Source: an uncultured virus (IMG/VR IMGVR_UViG_3300036406_001455) (taxonomy: Duplodnaviria; Heunggongvirae; Uroviricota; Caudoviricetes). Taken from it: a DNA stretch of 60,520 bases. Location of the stretch: the IMG/VR virus record IMGVR_UViG_3300036406_001455; one strand, written 5' to 3'. Positions 37,908 through 48,767 of this stretch are shown here, in pieces. Position numbers and translations under genes: made by a program. The notes beneath the pieces were generated by a model. The model ran no database searches and had not been told where the DNA came from. It was given only the letters and a program-made list of their open reading frames with translations. How positions within the stretch are numbered: the stretch's first letter is position 1; each line of letters starts with the position of its first letter.

Positions 37908-40048
37908 TGAATCGCCACGATGAACACGGCCGCAGGTTCGCTCACGGCTACAAGGAAACATGGCCAACGTCGTCGTACGTGTCGACAGAAGCCGTGCGCT
38001 CCGACTACCTGCTCGCGCACAAGCAAAGTGATGCGGAAGGCGCAGCGTTGCAGGCCAAGGAACTCCGCGCGCGCGGCGCGGCGGTCCCCCGACTGCGCAA
38101 GAACCCGTCTCGCCCCGCACCCGCCAACGCGGTGTTCTTCGCAACCACGAAGGGCGATGGGCACCAGATCATCGTCACGCCTCACGACGCAGAATCCTAC
38201 GATTTCGGCGTCTACTCCGGTGGCGACAAGTGGTGGGATGGCCTGCTGGACGCGGACGCGGTGCGAAAGAGCATCGCGCTGGAGCTTCCAAACCAGAAGT
38301 ACGTGGTCAAGGTCGACAAGCTGGCCCAGAGCAACCCTCGGCGGAAGAGTTACCCCGAGAACCGATGGGTGAAGATCAACGGTCTGGACGCGATCAGGCA
38401 CGGCGCCACGCTATACCATGTGGAGCCGCATTTGGGTCGCTGGATGGTGTTCAGCGTTCCGCTGGGGCCTGACGGGTTCGCGACGACCACCACGTACGCG
38501 CATCTCGGCACGTACGCGGATCGGAAGGCCGCCAAGCGATCAGTCGGCCCCGCCACGCGGCTGAGCGGCGCCAAGAGCAACCCCCAGCTCGTCACGTCGC
38601 TTCCCGGCTGGCGCCAGTTGGAAGTCGGTTACGGGCGCACGGCTTGGCTGCCCGTCGGCAACTACGCGATTATCATGAAGCACGTAGATCGTGATGGCAC
38701 GCCGGCTTACCACGTCATGGTCGACGGGCGCTTCAAGCGCGCTTGGGGCACGCTGAAGGGCGCTCAGAAGTGGGCGGCTGAGCAGTTTGGCGCGGCCAAG
38801 AGCAACCCCAGCGCGCTCGTCCTCACGCTCACGGACCAGCACGGCCGCCCCGTGCAACTGCCCTGGCGCACCGTGAAGGACGGGCGTCCGGGTAACGAAA
38901 GCATCGCACTGCGCGCATCGTTCTACACGGACCCCAACGACGCCACCCGTGAGTGGGTTTCCGGGTCGATTACCCGTGACGGCAAGGTGGTCGCAACGTG
39001 GCCTCGGCCCATGCGCGCAGGGAAGACGGTCGCGAACCCCCGTTACGCATCTGGCCCCTACGTCGAGAAGATCAAGCTCCCGGGCTGGAACGGCAAGACA
39101 AGCCTTGAGCACGCCTCCGCGCCCCGCGTCCGGGCAGCGTTCCCCGGCGCCGACCACGCAGCAGCCATCGAGAAGGCCATCGTCCACGCCAACGCCGCCG
39201 CTCGGGCCTACAACCGCACGATGAAGGCCGCCATCGCCAAGCACGGTGATCCACATCCATGGATCAGCGGCATCGGCAGCGAGAGCTTCCCCGACGCCAC
39301 GAAGAAGCTCCTGCGGAAGCAGCTCGATGCGTTCAACCGCGCCCAGGACGCTGTCGCGCTGCACTACAAGGCGACGGGCAAGCGCACGCCGCTCCACAAG
39401 TCCGAGTACGCGCATCGGCTCGTGAAGGCCGGGGGCTACGGGCTCGGGTCGACGAAAAGCAATCCAAAGCGCAATCCAGCAGGCTATGTTGCCAGCCAAC
39501 TCGTAGCACGCGCCGGGCGGATTCACTCCGACTTTGGAACCGGCCCAACGCGCTGGGTCGTAAGTTTGTCGGCGCCATTCAAGCACGACAAGCGCTTGAA
39601 CTGGGGCGTGGAAGGCCAGGGTGACACGGACGACCAAGCCATCCAGCGGCTGCGCGCCGACGCCATGAATCATGGCTACGACCTCCCGCCGGCAGCGCTG
39701 TTGCTCGTACGCCGCGCAGTCATGCACGCGGTTACGTCGGGCAAGGGTCACGGTGAAGTTCGAGCGGGGCCCGCGGCGAAGCGAAACCCCACCCCCTTCT
39801 ACGGCGCACCCATGGGCTACGGTAGTCGCTCTGAAGCTCCCGACACCACGACCACCCTCCTCGTTCGGCGTGTGAAGCTCGACAGTGGCGGATACGCGTC
39901 GGACGGTGCCTACTTCGGCATCGGCCGCCCAGTCTACGTGGTCACGAACGCAGACACTGGCTCGGTGGTAGAGTCTCTGCGCGCAGCCGACTTCGTGGAC
40001 GCGAAAGAGAAGATGCGCAGCAAGTACCCCAACGCGAAGGTGAAGTGA
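37904..40048 (+). CDS. NP-motif modular protein 3 (714 aa, 8 NP)
   Basis: RKNP, QSNP, KSNP x3, VANP, KRNP x2. Confidence 0.85.
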   Translation: MMNRHDEHGRRFAHGYKETWPTSSYVSTEAVRSDYLLAHKQSDAEGAALQAKELRARGAAVPRLRKNPSRPAPANAVFFATTKGDGHQIIVTPHDAESYDFGVYSGGDKWWDGLLDADAVRKSIALELPNQKYVVKVDKLAQSNPRRKSYPENRWVKINGLDAIRHGATLYHVEPHLGRWMVFSVPLGPDGFATTTTYAHLGTYADRKAAKRSVGPATRLSGAKSNPQLVTSLPGWRQLEVGYGRTAWLPVGNYAIIMKHVDRDGTPAYHVMVDGRFKRAWGTLKGAQKWAAEQFGAAKSNPSALVLTLTDQHGRPVQLPWRTVKDGRPGNESIALRASFYTDPNDATREWVSGSITRDGKVVATWPRPMRAGKTVANPRYASGPYVEKIKLPGWNGKTSLEHASAPRVRAAFPGADHAAAIEKAIVHANAAARAYNRTMKAAIAKHGDPHPWISGIGSESFPDATKKLLRKQLDAFNRAQDAVALHYKATGKRTPLHKSEYAHRLVKAGGYGLGSTKSNPKRNPAGYVASQLVARAGRIHSDFGTGPTRWVVSLSAPFKHDKRLNWGVEGQGDTDDQAIQRLRADAMNHGYDLPPAALLLVRRAVMHAVTSGKGHGEVRAGPAAKRNPTPFYGAPMGYGSRSEAPDTTTTLLVRRVKLDSGGYASDGAYFGIGRPVYVVTNADTGSVVESLRAADFVDAKEKMRSKYPNAKVK

Positions 40049-41016
40049 TGGCAGCCTGGACCGCAACTACGCTTGGTGGCATGAAGCAGTGGCGTTGCCG
40101 CGATAGTCGTGGGGCGTTCCGCATCGTCCACTGGTCGCCGAAGGCACCGAGCGTTTATCGCGCACAGACTATTGGTGTGGATGGCAAGCTGCGGACACTC
40201 GGCCAGGCGGCTACGCTCGCGGCGGCGAAGGCGCTGACTGGCGGGGCAAAGACCAACCCAAGGATCAACTGGGCCAAGTCATGGCGCCCGCAGGAGCGCC
40301 CAGATACCGACATCGAGCGGTTCATCTCTACCGCGCGCGCCGAGCGGGCGCTGCTGGGGCGCAAGCAGCATACGCCAGAACAGGAGGCAGCGCTGCGCCT
40401 CACGGCAAAGACCAATCCCAAGGCGCCGAAGCCCCTCTCGAAGAAGGCGCTCGACAAGGTGATCGAACAGCTGTACTACAAGCACGCATCTGGCCTCCAG
40501 ATCAACATCATGGACATTGGGAAGGTGTTCAAGATGGGCGAGCAGGCGTACGCTGCTGGTGGTGACGTGGAGCAGGCGGTGAAAGACGCCATCAAGCTCT
40601 ACTGCGTCAAGGGAAACCCGAAGAAGAACCCCGGAGACCGGCGTAACCCCGCGATCAACGCGTCTGCCGTGCTCGCAGGCTACCTCGAAGCCGCGCTCTG
40701 GTCCTCGACCAATGAAGACACGGGCGAACCGCTGGACCGCGACTTCTCCGTGTCCGACATCAAGGGCAAGACCCTCGCCAAGCTCAAGGGCCACGTGACC
40801 AAGTTCCTCGCCGCAGCAAAGGGTCTGGACTTGTCCGGATACCGCGCATCTCAAGTGGGCCACGACCTGTGGCTGACGCAGAACGGCCACGGCGCCGGCT
40901 TCTGGGATGGCGACTACGAAGATCCGCCGGGGCTCGGGTACAAGCTGGATCGCATCGCGAAGTTCTTGGGCGAGGTCAATCTGTACGTCGGTGACGACGG
41001 CAAACTCTACGTGTAG
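40045..41016 (+). CDS. NP-motif modular protein 4 (5 NP)
   Basis: KTNP x2, KGNPKKNPGDRRNP; last module has GHDLWLTQNGHGAGFWDG. Confidence 0.85.
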   Translation: MMAAWTATTLGGMKQWRCRDSRGAFRIVHWSPKAPSVYRAQTIGVDGKLRTLGQAATLAAAKALTGGAKTNPRINWAKSWRPQERPDTDIERFISTARAERALLGRKQHTPEQEAALRLTAKTNPKAPKPLSKKALDKVIEQLYYKHASGLQINIMDIGKVFKMGEQAYAAGGDVEQAVKDAIKLYCVKGNPKKNPGDRRNPAINASAVLAGYLEAALWSSTNEDTGEPLDRDFSVSDIKGKTLAKLKGHVTKFLAAAKGLDLSGYRASQVGHDLWLTQNGHGAGFWDGDYEDPPGLGYKLDRIAKFLGEVNLYVGDDGKLYV

Positions 41017-41022
41017 GTGCTC

Positions 41023-42783
41023 ATGCCAAAGACCATCGACATCATGTACCTCGTGCCTGCGGCCTATCGCGGGCGCATGGTCTACGGCAACGGGTTCGCG
41101 GCGAGCGACAATCTGGAGCCGTGGGAAGAGAAGGACATCAAGGAGCAGTTGGAAGACTGCCAGGAGCTTCGTGGCGCGTTTGTTGACGTGCTGCGCAACA
41201 TCGCACCGCGCCCGGGTAACCGGGTCTACAAGACAGTCATTCGCGTGACTCCATCGAGGACGAAGACCATGAAGAATCCGATACGTGGCGCTGGCATGAA
41301 CGCTCGTGGCGGTTGGCGACACGCCACCGGCTCTGGCGTCTGGCTGGTCAAGTACGCCAGCGGCCCCAGCTTCCAGATCGTCCGTGACGGGGCGCTGTAC
41401 GATTTGTCGCAGGGTCGATGGAGCACCAAGGCGGACTCCTTCAAGTCGGCGATCAACCTCGGGCGGTACAAGACGCTGAGCGAAGCGCAGATGGCGGCAC
41501 ACTCGGCGCGCTCTCGATGGCGTCTCGGCCGCCGGGCCAACCCCGGGCCGGTGAGCATCACGGCAACCTACAAGGCATCCGACATGGGCATGCACCCCGT
41601 GCTTGACCAGGCGCTCGAACTGGCCAATCAACTCAAGGGTCTGCCCGTACCCTACGTCGCGACGCGTGTGCTTCAGCTCGGAGGACCGGCGCGCGCTTCC
41701 GTCGGCCTCTCGCTGAGTTTCGATCCAAAGGAGAGTTGGCCCAACGGCATCTTCGAGAACAGCCGTCACGCGAAGTTCTCGGTGAACCCGGAAGACGGAA
41801 CCATCGAGCAGCTGACCGGCTGGAAGGTGAACAAGTTCCGCAAGGCTCGCTTCAAGTCCTCTCGCGAGGCGTTGCAGAAGCTGGCAGCCTGGATTCAGAC
41901 GGCCACCAGCACCGTGAAGCAGAACCCGAAGTACGCGGACGCCAGCGGCCACAAGTTCAAGGTCGGCGAAGAGCACTTCAGCCCTTCATGGTCGGATGCG
42001 CGGCTCAGGAAGGAGGTAGCGTTCGCCCGAGACACCGGGGACAGCGCAATGCAAGCCCTCATCCGTGCCGAGCAGTCGAACCGCAGGGGCAAGAATCCGA
42101 TTTCGCTCTCCGGCGCCGAAGCCCAGTGGCGCAGGTTCGCAGACAAGGCCAGCAGCCTGCTTGACGGGATCAGCAAGGACTTGCGCATCGGCCACATGGT
42201 GGACGGCTCCGTGTTCACCCCGGTGCGCAGCTACCTGACCAGCCTGGAGGAGTGCGTTGTCGCGCTCAAGGCGGGGCGCAACAAGGAAGCCTCAGCGGCA
42301 TCCGCGAAGCTCCGCAACCTCGAAGGGCGGCTCATGAAGCTGGGCGTCAAGCGCAACCCCGCCAAGGCGGGCGACCTGTACGATTACGAGACGGCGAACT
42401 ACCTGCGCCGGGCTACCGCAGCAGAGACTCGGGAATCAGTCGAGGCGTCCAAGCACGACGGGGGTGCAGGGGCAATCCGAGTCGATGGGCGGACCTGCTA
42501 CGTGATCCCAGAAACTCGTACCAAGAAGCGAAACCCCGCAGCCGACAAGCCATGGGCGCTCGCCAAGAAGAGCGGCTGGGACGACATCGTGGTGGGCATG
42601 TACGAAACTCGCGAGGACGCTGAAGCTGCGCTCCGGAAGAAGGCCCGGTACCGCCCGGAGCACGGAGACACGCCCCAGAGCGTGGGCTACATCATCGCAA
42701 AGACGGGTCGGGGCACACCGGGCAAGGCGTACTACAGCGTGATATCGTTCGATGGCAAGAAGCAGCTTCGGATCAACACCTGA
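41023..42783 (+). CDS. NP-motif modular protein 5 (7 NP)
   Basis: MKNP, RANP, KQNP, GKNP, KRNP x2, one internal SVNP. Confidence 0.85.
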   Translation: MPKTIDIMYLVPAAYRGRMVYGNGFAASDNLEPWEEKDIKEQLEDCQELRGAFVDVLRNIAPRPGNRVYKTVIRVTPSRTKTMKNPIRGAGMNARGGWRHATGSGVWLVKYASGPSFQIVRDGALYDLSQGRWSTKADSFKSAINLGRYKTLSEAQMAAHSARSRWRLGRRANPGPVSITATYKASDMGMHPVLDQALELANQLKGLPVPYVATRVLQLGGPARASVGLSLSFDPKESWPNGIFENSRHAKFSVNPEDGTIEQLTGWKVNKFRKARFKSSREALQKLAAWIQTATSTVKQNPKYADASGHKFKVGEEHFSPSWSDARLRKEVAFARDTGDSAMQALIRAEQSNRRGKNPISLSGAEAQWRRFADKASSLLDGISKDLRIGHMVDGSVFTPVRSYLTSLEECVVALKAGRNKEASAASAKLRNLEGRLMKLGVKRNPAKAGDLYDYETANYLRRATAAETRESVEASKHDGGAGAIRVDGRTCYVIPETRTKKRNPAADKPWALAKKSGWDDIVVGMYETREDAEAALRKKARYRPEHGDTPQSVGYIIAKTGRGTPGKAYYSVISFDGKKQLRINT

Positions 42784-43730
42784 TGAATCGCCCATCGAAG
42801 CGAAACCCCGCATCCTTCGCAAAGGGCACACGCGTCCAGCTCCGTAAGGATCACTGGACCGGCTTCGGCACCCGTGGGGGCGTAGCCGAAGGCTCCACAG
42901 GGGCTTTCGCCAACTACAACCACCGAACCTATGTCCGTTTCGACGACGGAACCTACGTGGACGTGGACACGCGCGCCCTCGAACCCGAACGCAAGAGCAA
43001 CCCCATGAAAAATCCTCGCGGCTTCCTCTCCTACGCCGTTACCTTCTCCCCCATCAGCATCGCTGACACCGCCACGGTGAAGCGCGCCGTGGAGCGCTGG
43101 GGCGGCAAGCTCAAGGGCAACACCGCGACCTTCCCGAACGCCGCCGATGCAGCCCAGGCCGCGCAGATGGCCAAGGCGTACGGTATCGAGGCGCGCAAGG
43201 CGAACCCGGGTACCCTCGCCGAACGTGTGCAATCCGAGCGCAGCGCCAACGCCGCGGTGAAGATTGCGATGGACATCCGACGTGACTGGTACGACTACGA
43301 AGACAACCCCCAGGCGCTTCGCGGCCCGCTCGCGGTGCTGGACCAGGCCGTCAAGGAGGCTCGCGCCACCTTCCCGGGTGCGGCGTGGACGGGCACCAAG
43401 GGGCCGGCGCTCAAGCAGAAGATCGCGAATGCCGCAGCGGTGCTCAAAGATGCACGGGCGCTGGTGAAGCACGGTCGCAAGGCCAACCCCGCCAAGCGCA
43501 ACCCTGTCTCTTTGACCGACATGGCCAAGCAGATCGGTGAGGCGACTGCGTGGGACTACTCGTTCGAGCCGACCACGGACTACGCCATGATCGACGACAA
43601 CTGCAACACGAGCATTTCGTTCGAAGATGGCACGGCCGAGGTGGTGAATCTCGACACGGGCGACTACAAGGAAGTCAAGCCCAACGTTGCGGCCATCGTG
43701 CGTGCGCTTCGCAAACTTTCCCCGGTGTAG
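42783..43730 (+). CDS. NP-motif modular protein 6 (7 NP)
   Basis: KRNP, KSNPMKNP, KANP, KANPAKRNP, one EDNP. Confidence 0.85.
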   Translation: MNRPSKRNPASFAKGTRVQLRKDHWTGFGTRGGVAEGSTGAFANYNHRTYVRFDDGTYVDVDTRALEPERKSNPMKNPRGFLSYAVTFSPISIADTATVKRAVERWGGKLKGNTATFPNAADAAQAAQMAKAYGIEARKANPGTLAERVQSERSANAAVKIAMDIRRDWYDYEDNPQALRGPLAVLDQAVKEARATFPGAAWTGTKGPALKQKIANAAAVLKDARALVKHGRKANPAKRNPVSLTDMAKQIGEATAWDYSFEPTTDYAMIDDNCNTSISFEDGTAEVVNLDTGDYKEVKPNVAAIVRALRKLSPV

Positions 43731-43731
43731 C

Positions 43732-45663
43732 ATGGCAAAGGCAAAGCTCGTACAGCGCAACCCTGTCTCCCTGCTCGGCGCAGGCGGAAAGCGCGCGCCT
43801 GTCGCAGCGGCGCAGAAGCGTGTGCAGGCGTTGTTCAACCGCGGCTATGCCTTGGATCGAAACGGTCGGTGGCAGAAGGTGGACATCATCGGCCAGGGGT
43901 CTCGGCTGTACGGGCACGACCTTTCGCCAAGCGACGTAGAGCCCGTGCCCGCCGCTGTGGCCTCGGCGCTCAACGCGTATGTCGCAGGCAAGGGAGGCAT
44001 CGACGCGGTGCCGAACAACCGTCTGCTGAACCCGAAGAAGCTCACCCGTGAAGACTTCGAGCGTCGGTACTGGGGCAAGGACGCCCACACCGTGCCCGCC
44101 ATGCCCCGTCGGGAGTTCTACTCGGACTACCGGGAAAGCGGCATGGCGTTCGACAAGTACAAGAAGTCCACCAGTCAGCCGTACCCGAATCCGCGGGTGC
44201 ACCGTGAAGACCCGGAGACCGAAGCCATTCACGAGCGCGCTGCGCGGGTGCTGGGATGGTCGCTCAAGGACGTGCGTTCACACTCCATGCCGTCGCTGCG
44301 CGAAGTCGTACGGGGCACAGGGAGCGATCCTCAACTCGTTCGCGCCATGGACCTGTGGATCCGTTCGGGCCAGGGCATCATCCCCAAGCGGAAGGTGGGC
44401 AGCCAGCGTATCCCCGGGCGTGTGCCGCAGTGGATGCTCGATGACCAGGCCAAGTACGCTGCCGAAGATGCGGCAGCCAAGGCCCAAGGGCTCACCCTTC
44501 AGAAGCTGCCGGATGGGACAGTCGGCTACCGGAAGAACCCGCGGCCCCACACCTACCACCTGCCGGCATCTAACTTCCGAGCCGGGGACATCGGCACGCT
44601 GGAGTCCGATGTCGGCGTAGGGTTCGACGCCCAAGATGGGCAGTTCCGCACGCGCCGCAGGGCAATGGTGAAGGGCAAGGTGCGGAGCGCCCCCGCCGCA
44701 CACCTGCCGGCGGGGCGCTACGTGGTCGAGGCCCCAGCGTACATGCGTGGTCATGCCACGGTCAAGCGCGTCAAGAACCCGCCGACGCAGGCCGACATCC
44801 GAGCGCTCCGGGACGCGCTCGTGGCCAACGGGGTTGAAGCGCGGCTCACGAAGACCGGGATTACTGTCAGCCTCTCGCATGGCGGCAAACGCACCGCGCG
44901 GATCGTACCTGCCGGGTATGTGGGGGCGTCGTTCGCTATCCTGTTCTCCAACGGAGAGCGCGGAGAGCTTCGTACGGATGGGCGGTGGTCGCCCCGGGAC
45001 GCAGCGCGTTCCGTCCTGGATGCGTTGATGTCGCGCTCCATGCAGGAATCGCAACGCTTGCACGGTGAACACGTGCGTACGCAGAACCCGAAGCCCCGCT
45101 CCACCCGCGACAAGGCCATCCTCCTCCATCGTTGGATGGATCGACAAGAGGCGCGAGAAGGCGCCTACGACGCGAGGCACGCGTACAAGCACAAGGCTGG
45201 AACACCCGAGCACGCCGCGTACATCGCCGAATCCGGCCGCAAGCGTCGGGTGGCCCACGCCGCGCGGCTGAAGGTGGCAGCGCTCAACCAGGAGCTGGGG
45301 CAGGGCATGTCCGAAACCACGCGCATGGTGCGCGGAATGGGGCATTCGGTGGCCGAGCACCTGTACCACAACCCCCGACGCATATCGAACAAGCGACCCG
45401 CGACGATGAGCGCCAAGGCCATCAACGCAGAGCTGGACGCGTTGGAAGCAGAAGGCACACGCCTCATGCACGAGGCCATCGCGACGGGTCGAGGGCATGA
45501 ACGCCCCAGCGACCGGGTGCACATGACCGACCCCTTGTCGATGGCAGTCAAGGCCGTGGACAACCGGATGTGGGAGCTTCGGCGCGAGGTGGAACAGCGC
45601 TACGGCCGATGGACCCCTCGACTGCCCGAGACGCGCATGTTTGGCGCTCGCGAGAAGGCGTAG
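43732..45663 (+). CDS. NP-motif modular protein 7 (7 NP)
   Basis: QRNP, LLNP, YPNP, RKNP, VKNP, TQNP, YHNP. Confidence 0.85.
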   Translation: MAKAKLVQRNPVSLLGAGGKRAPVAAAQKRVQALFNRGYALDRNGRWQKVDIIGQGSRLYGHDLSPSDVEPVPAAVASALNAYVAGKGGIDAVPNNRLLNPKKLTREDFERRYWGKDAHTVPAMPRREFYSDYRESGMAFDKYKKSTSQPYPNPRVHREDPETEAIHERAARVLGWSLKDVRSHSMPSLREVVRGTGSDPQLVRAMDLWIRSGQGIIPKRKVGSQRIPGRVPQWMLDDQAKYAAEDAAAKAQGLTLQKLPDGTVGYRKNPRPHTYHLPASNFRAGDIGTLESDVGVGFDAQDGQFRTRRRAMVKGKVRSAPAAHLPAGRYVVEAPAYMRGHATVKRVKNPPTQADIRALRDALVANGVEARLTKTGITVSLSHGGKRTARIVPAGYVGASFAILFSNGERGELRTDGRWSPRDAARSVLDALMSRSMQESQRLHGEHVRTQNPKPRSTRDKAILLHRWMDRQEAREGAYDARHAYKHKAGTPEHAAYIAESGRKRRVAHAARLKVAALNQELGQGMSETTRMVRGMGHSVAEHLYHNPRRISNKRPATMSAKAINAELDALEAEGTRLMHEAIATGRGHERPSDRVHMTDPLSMAVKAVDNRMWELRREVEQRYGRWTPRLPETRMFGAREKA

Positions 45664-45665
45664 TC

Positions 45666-46478
45666 ATGGGAGCGCGTGTCAAGCCCGCGGACTCTGCGGT
45701 CGCCGAGATCGTGTCGTGGGCAACCGGCGACGGCAAGCCAACAGCACGGCTGCGGGATGCGCTGAATCTGCCTGGCGTTCGGCCAGCGGATCGAAACCGC
45801 CAAGGGTGGGCGCTGCGTTTGCTGGATGCGCTGCGTGACGCGTGTGGCAGCGATGCCGAGCTGGATGCTGCAGAACGCAAAATCATGCAGTACCTGGCGC
45901 GCAAAGATGCCGCGCGCCCTCGCACCAACCCGCAGGAGCACCTGCGCTACCACCAGATGACGCGCACCGAACTGGCGAACCTCGAATACACGCTACGTCG
46001 TGCTGTCGACAAGCGTCGGCAGGAAGTCGAGTACATCGAGCGGCTGCCCCGCGACATGGCGGCACACGCCCATCTGCCTGACAAGCGCCGCGATTTGGCC
46101 TATTACGAAGAGGCCCTGGCGTTGTGGAATGCCGAGATGGCGCGTCGGGGCACGCCGGTGTCAAACCCTGCCGGCAAGATCAAGGTGCGTCGCGACCTGA
46201 CAGCCGCTTCAATGCTGACGAACATCAACAAGGTGCTCGCGGTTGAACTTGTACGTGATCTCGCGGCATGGTCCGCCGGCATGGGGGCAACTGCGAAGTT
46301 GTTCCCGTTCGTGAAGGCCGCGAGGCAGCCGCGCAAGCTCTCGTTGGAACGCGCCCAGGCCGAGGGTGATTACCTTGCTGTGGAGCTGGTCTACCCGTTC
46401 ATTCAACAGCAACTCAAGCCCAGCGCCGAGGCGCACGCGCGGGCGGAGTTGGAGTTCTTGATATGGACGGCCCAATGA
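45666..46478 (+). CDS. NP-motif modular protein 8 (2 NP)
   Basis: RTNP, VSNP. Confidence 0.75.
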   Translation: MGARVKPADSAVAEIVSWATGDGKPTARLRDALNLPGVRPADRNRQGWALRLLDALRDACGSDAELDAAERKIMQYLARKDAARPRTNPQEHLRYHQMTRTELANLEYTLRRAVDKRRQEVEYIERLPRDMAAHAHLPDKRRDLAYYEEALALWNAEMARRGTPVSNPAGKIKVRRDLTAASMLTNINKVLAVELVRDLAAWSAGMGATAKLFPFVKAARQPRKLSLERAQAEGDYLAVELVYPFIQQQLKPSAEAHARAELEFLIWTAQ

Positions 46479-46759
46479 CCGCAGCACGGGGAGGCCCCAC
46501 CATCGGAGACCGCGTAAAGCTGCGCGGCTCCAAAGAGATTGGATGTGTCACGCACGTGGAGGCCCCCCATGCCCATGGCCAACGCCTCCACGTGCGCTGG
46601 CGCCAGAGTGAAACGACCCACGAAATCCAAGAACTGATCCCCGTGGAGACTGCCGCGGATGTGTACCTGAAAGCGGTGTACCGCTACCTGCGGGGCACGC
46701 CGGTTCCAGAAGATCGGGCGCCGCTTCGTAAACTACGTCAACTGCTGGAGAGCGTCTGA
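46475..46759 (+). CDS. Small SH3/KOW-like protein (no NP)
   Basis: IGDRVKL...GCVTHVE...HVRW; coupled at both ends. Confidence 0.6.
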   Translation: MTAARGGPTIGDRVKLRGSKEIGCVTHVEAPHAHGQRLHVRWRQSETTHEIQELIPVETAADVYLKAVYRYLRGTPVPEDRAPLRKLRQLLESV

Positions 46760-47715
46760 TGCGCAAGAACCCAAGCTCACGCTACCTGGCAGAGCAGGCC
46801 ATCGCTCGCGCCGAGCGGTACCTTGCAGAAGGCGCCACCGAAAGCGCGCACGCGGCGTACGAAACGGCACGGGCGCTGGCAGCACAAGCCTACCCGGCGG
46901 CGTGGGCACAGAAGTTCCTGGCAGGCCCCGCAGCAAGCATGAAAGCCGCACTCACGGCACGTAAGCGGAACCCCATGTCGCGGTATGACAAGGTCAAGGC
47001 CCTCGCCGAGCGCGGTGCGACGGAACACGAACGCGCCACCGCAGCCCGTATTTTGGCCCACATGCCATCGCCCGCACAGGAAGCGAAGCGCGCAGTCGAC
47101 ACGCGGCGGGAACAGGCGGCTGTTCGATACCGCAGCAACGCCGACACCCTGCGCTCCTTGCACGATGGCGATCGTGTGGAGGTTGTGTTTGCCGCACGGT
47201 CTTCCACGTCACCCGACGAGAAGCGCATCCTGACGGTCACCGGGGCGCACTCCGGGGTGTTCTACAACGTGTTCGTCAACTCAGGGCGGGTGCAACACGG
47301 CAACGTCTACGGCGGCAACATCAGCGACCATGGCGACGCGATCTACTACCAGCCCACGATGCAGCAGCCGATTCGTGAAGTTCGCACGTTGAGGAAGCTG
47401 GAACGCGCCGTGCTGCCGAACCCGGTGTGGACCCGCGAGGGGCGCAAGCCCTCTCGGCGCGGGAACCCCACCGACGAGAAGGGGCGCTTCGTCCTACCCC
47501 TTGACCTCTACGACCTCAATGGGCACGCGCTGCTGCAGATTCTGGATCGGCTCCCGCCCACCGCGGCCAGGAAGTACCAGGCTCTGCGCGAGACCGGGCT
47601 GAACGTGAGGGGCGCGGCCCTCAGCGTGATCGTCGGCTACGAGGGCAAGCGGCTACATCCCCTCAACGCGGCGCACATCAAGAACCCGTTCAGTTACCCC
47701 GCAGGGAATCGGTAG
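46759..47715 (+). CDS. NP-motif modular protein 9 (5 NP), includes a DUF2786-like module
   Basis: MRKNP, KRNPMSRYDKVKALAERGATEHE, LPNP, RGNP, IKNP. Confidence 0.8.
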   Translation: MRKNPSSRYLAEQAIARAERYLAEGATESAHAAYETARALAAQAYPAAWAQKFLAGPAASMKAALTARKRNPMSRYDKVKALAERGATEHERATAARILAHMPSPAQEAKRAVDTRREQAAVRYRSNADTLRSLHDGDRVEVVFAARSSTSPDEKRILTVTGAHSGVFYNVFVNSGRVQHGNVYGGNISDHGDAIYYQPTMQQPIREVRTLRKLERAVLPNPVWTREGRKPSRRGNPTDEKGRFVLPLDLYDLNGHALLQILDRLPPTAARKYQALRETGLNVRGAALSVIVGYEGKRLHPLNAAHIKNPFSYPAGNR

Positions 47716-47717
47716 CA

Positions 47718-48332
47718 ATGGCGGCGCTATCCCCTGTTGGGCTGACACCCGGTCAGGCGGCGATGGTCGCCATGATCGAAGCCGCGTTCCTCTCGGCTGG
47801 CTATCCCCTCCCCGTAGCGGCTGCGGCCGTGGTCAACGCCTACGCAGAATCCACGCTGAACCCGAAGGCGATCGGCGACAGCGGCCGATCTGTTGGGTTG
47901 TTTCAGCTCTCCATTCGAGGGGCGGGCGCGGGTATGTCGGTGGCCGAGCGCCAAGATCCGGCCACGAACATTCGCACCCTCCTGGCCCGCGAGAAGCGCA
48001 CACTCGGCAAGGTGAAAGCGCTTGCCGATGGTGGAGCACCGCTCGCCGATGTCGTGGCGGCGTTCAGCACCCTGGTGGAGCGCCCGGGAAACAAGCCCTA
48101 CGAGGAGCTGCGGCGGAAGGCGCTGCTCCTGCGGCTGTTCCCCCTTGGCGTGCGTAACGCCGAGAGCGTAGCGCCGCGCAGCGTGCCCATCATCGCCCAT
48201 ACACCAGCGCCCAGCAAAGCACCGGTCGTTCTGAAGGCCATGGTATGGATTTCGGGATTGGCCACCGCCGCACTGCTGGCTCGCGCTCTCTGGTTGGAGC
48301 GCCGGGGCAAAGCCGTTGCAAAGACCGGGTAA
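47718..48332 (+). CDS. Phage tail-lysozyme-like (Phage_lysozyme2) muralytic enzyme with C-terminal TM
   Basis: AAAVVNAYAESTLNP, GLFQ, F..LVERP; TM MVWISGLATAALLA. Confidence 0.8.
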   Translation: MAALSPVGLTPGQAAMVAMIEAAFLSAGYPLPVAAAAVVNAYAESTLNPKAIGDSGRSVGLFQLSIRGAGAGMSVAERQDPATNIRTLLAREKRTLGKVKALADGGAPLADVVAAFSTLVERPGNKPYEELRRKALLLRLFPLGVRNAESVAPRSVPIIAHTPAPSKAPVVLKAMVWISGLATAALLARALWLERRGKAVAKTG

Positions 48333-48350
48333 CCCCGTTAGGCCGCCTGT

Positions 48351-48752
48351 ATGCTCTGTTCGTCCTGCGGTCATGATCGCGTAGCCCACTGTGCCTGCGG
48401 AACCTCGTGTACAAAGTGCACGTGTCGAGGCTTCACGGATGGCAGCGCCAGCGGCGTGCTCTGCCTCTGCTGCCGGCGTGACGATGGCATGACGCCCGAG
48501 GAGCTGGCGGACGGTACCATGGCGTTGCGCTGCAACCACTGCTACCTGCTGGCCGCGCGCCACGCGCCGCAACCTGGGCACTTCATTCGCACGCGCGCGG
48601 GCCACGGGTACCGCGTGGATGGCGCCGACGAAACAGCCGTGTGGGGTACGCACGAGTGGCCTGACGGCGAGAAGCGCCCCTTCCGGCACGCCCACGACTA
48701 CTGGCAGCGCATCATCCACTGGGGCTCGCCCGGCGAGGTAGAGGCCGAGTAG
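48351..48752 (+). CDS. Cys-rich Zn-binding hypothetical protein
   Basis: Multiple CxxC/CxC; promoter-like TTGCAA-N17-TAGGCC upstream. Confidence 0.6.
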   Translation: MLCSSCGHDRVAHCACGTSCTKCTCRGFTDGSASGVLCLCCRRDDGMTPEELADGTMALRCNHCYLLAARHAPQPGHFIRTRAGHGYRVDGADETAVWGTHEWPDGEKRPFRHAHDYWQRIIHWGSPGEVEAE

Positions 48753-48767
48753 AGCATCGCCGGAGTG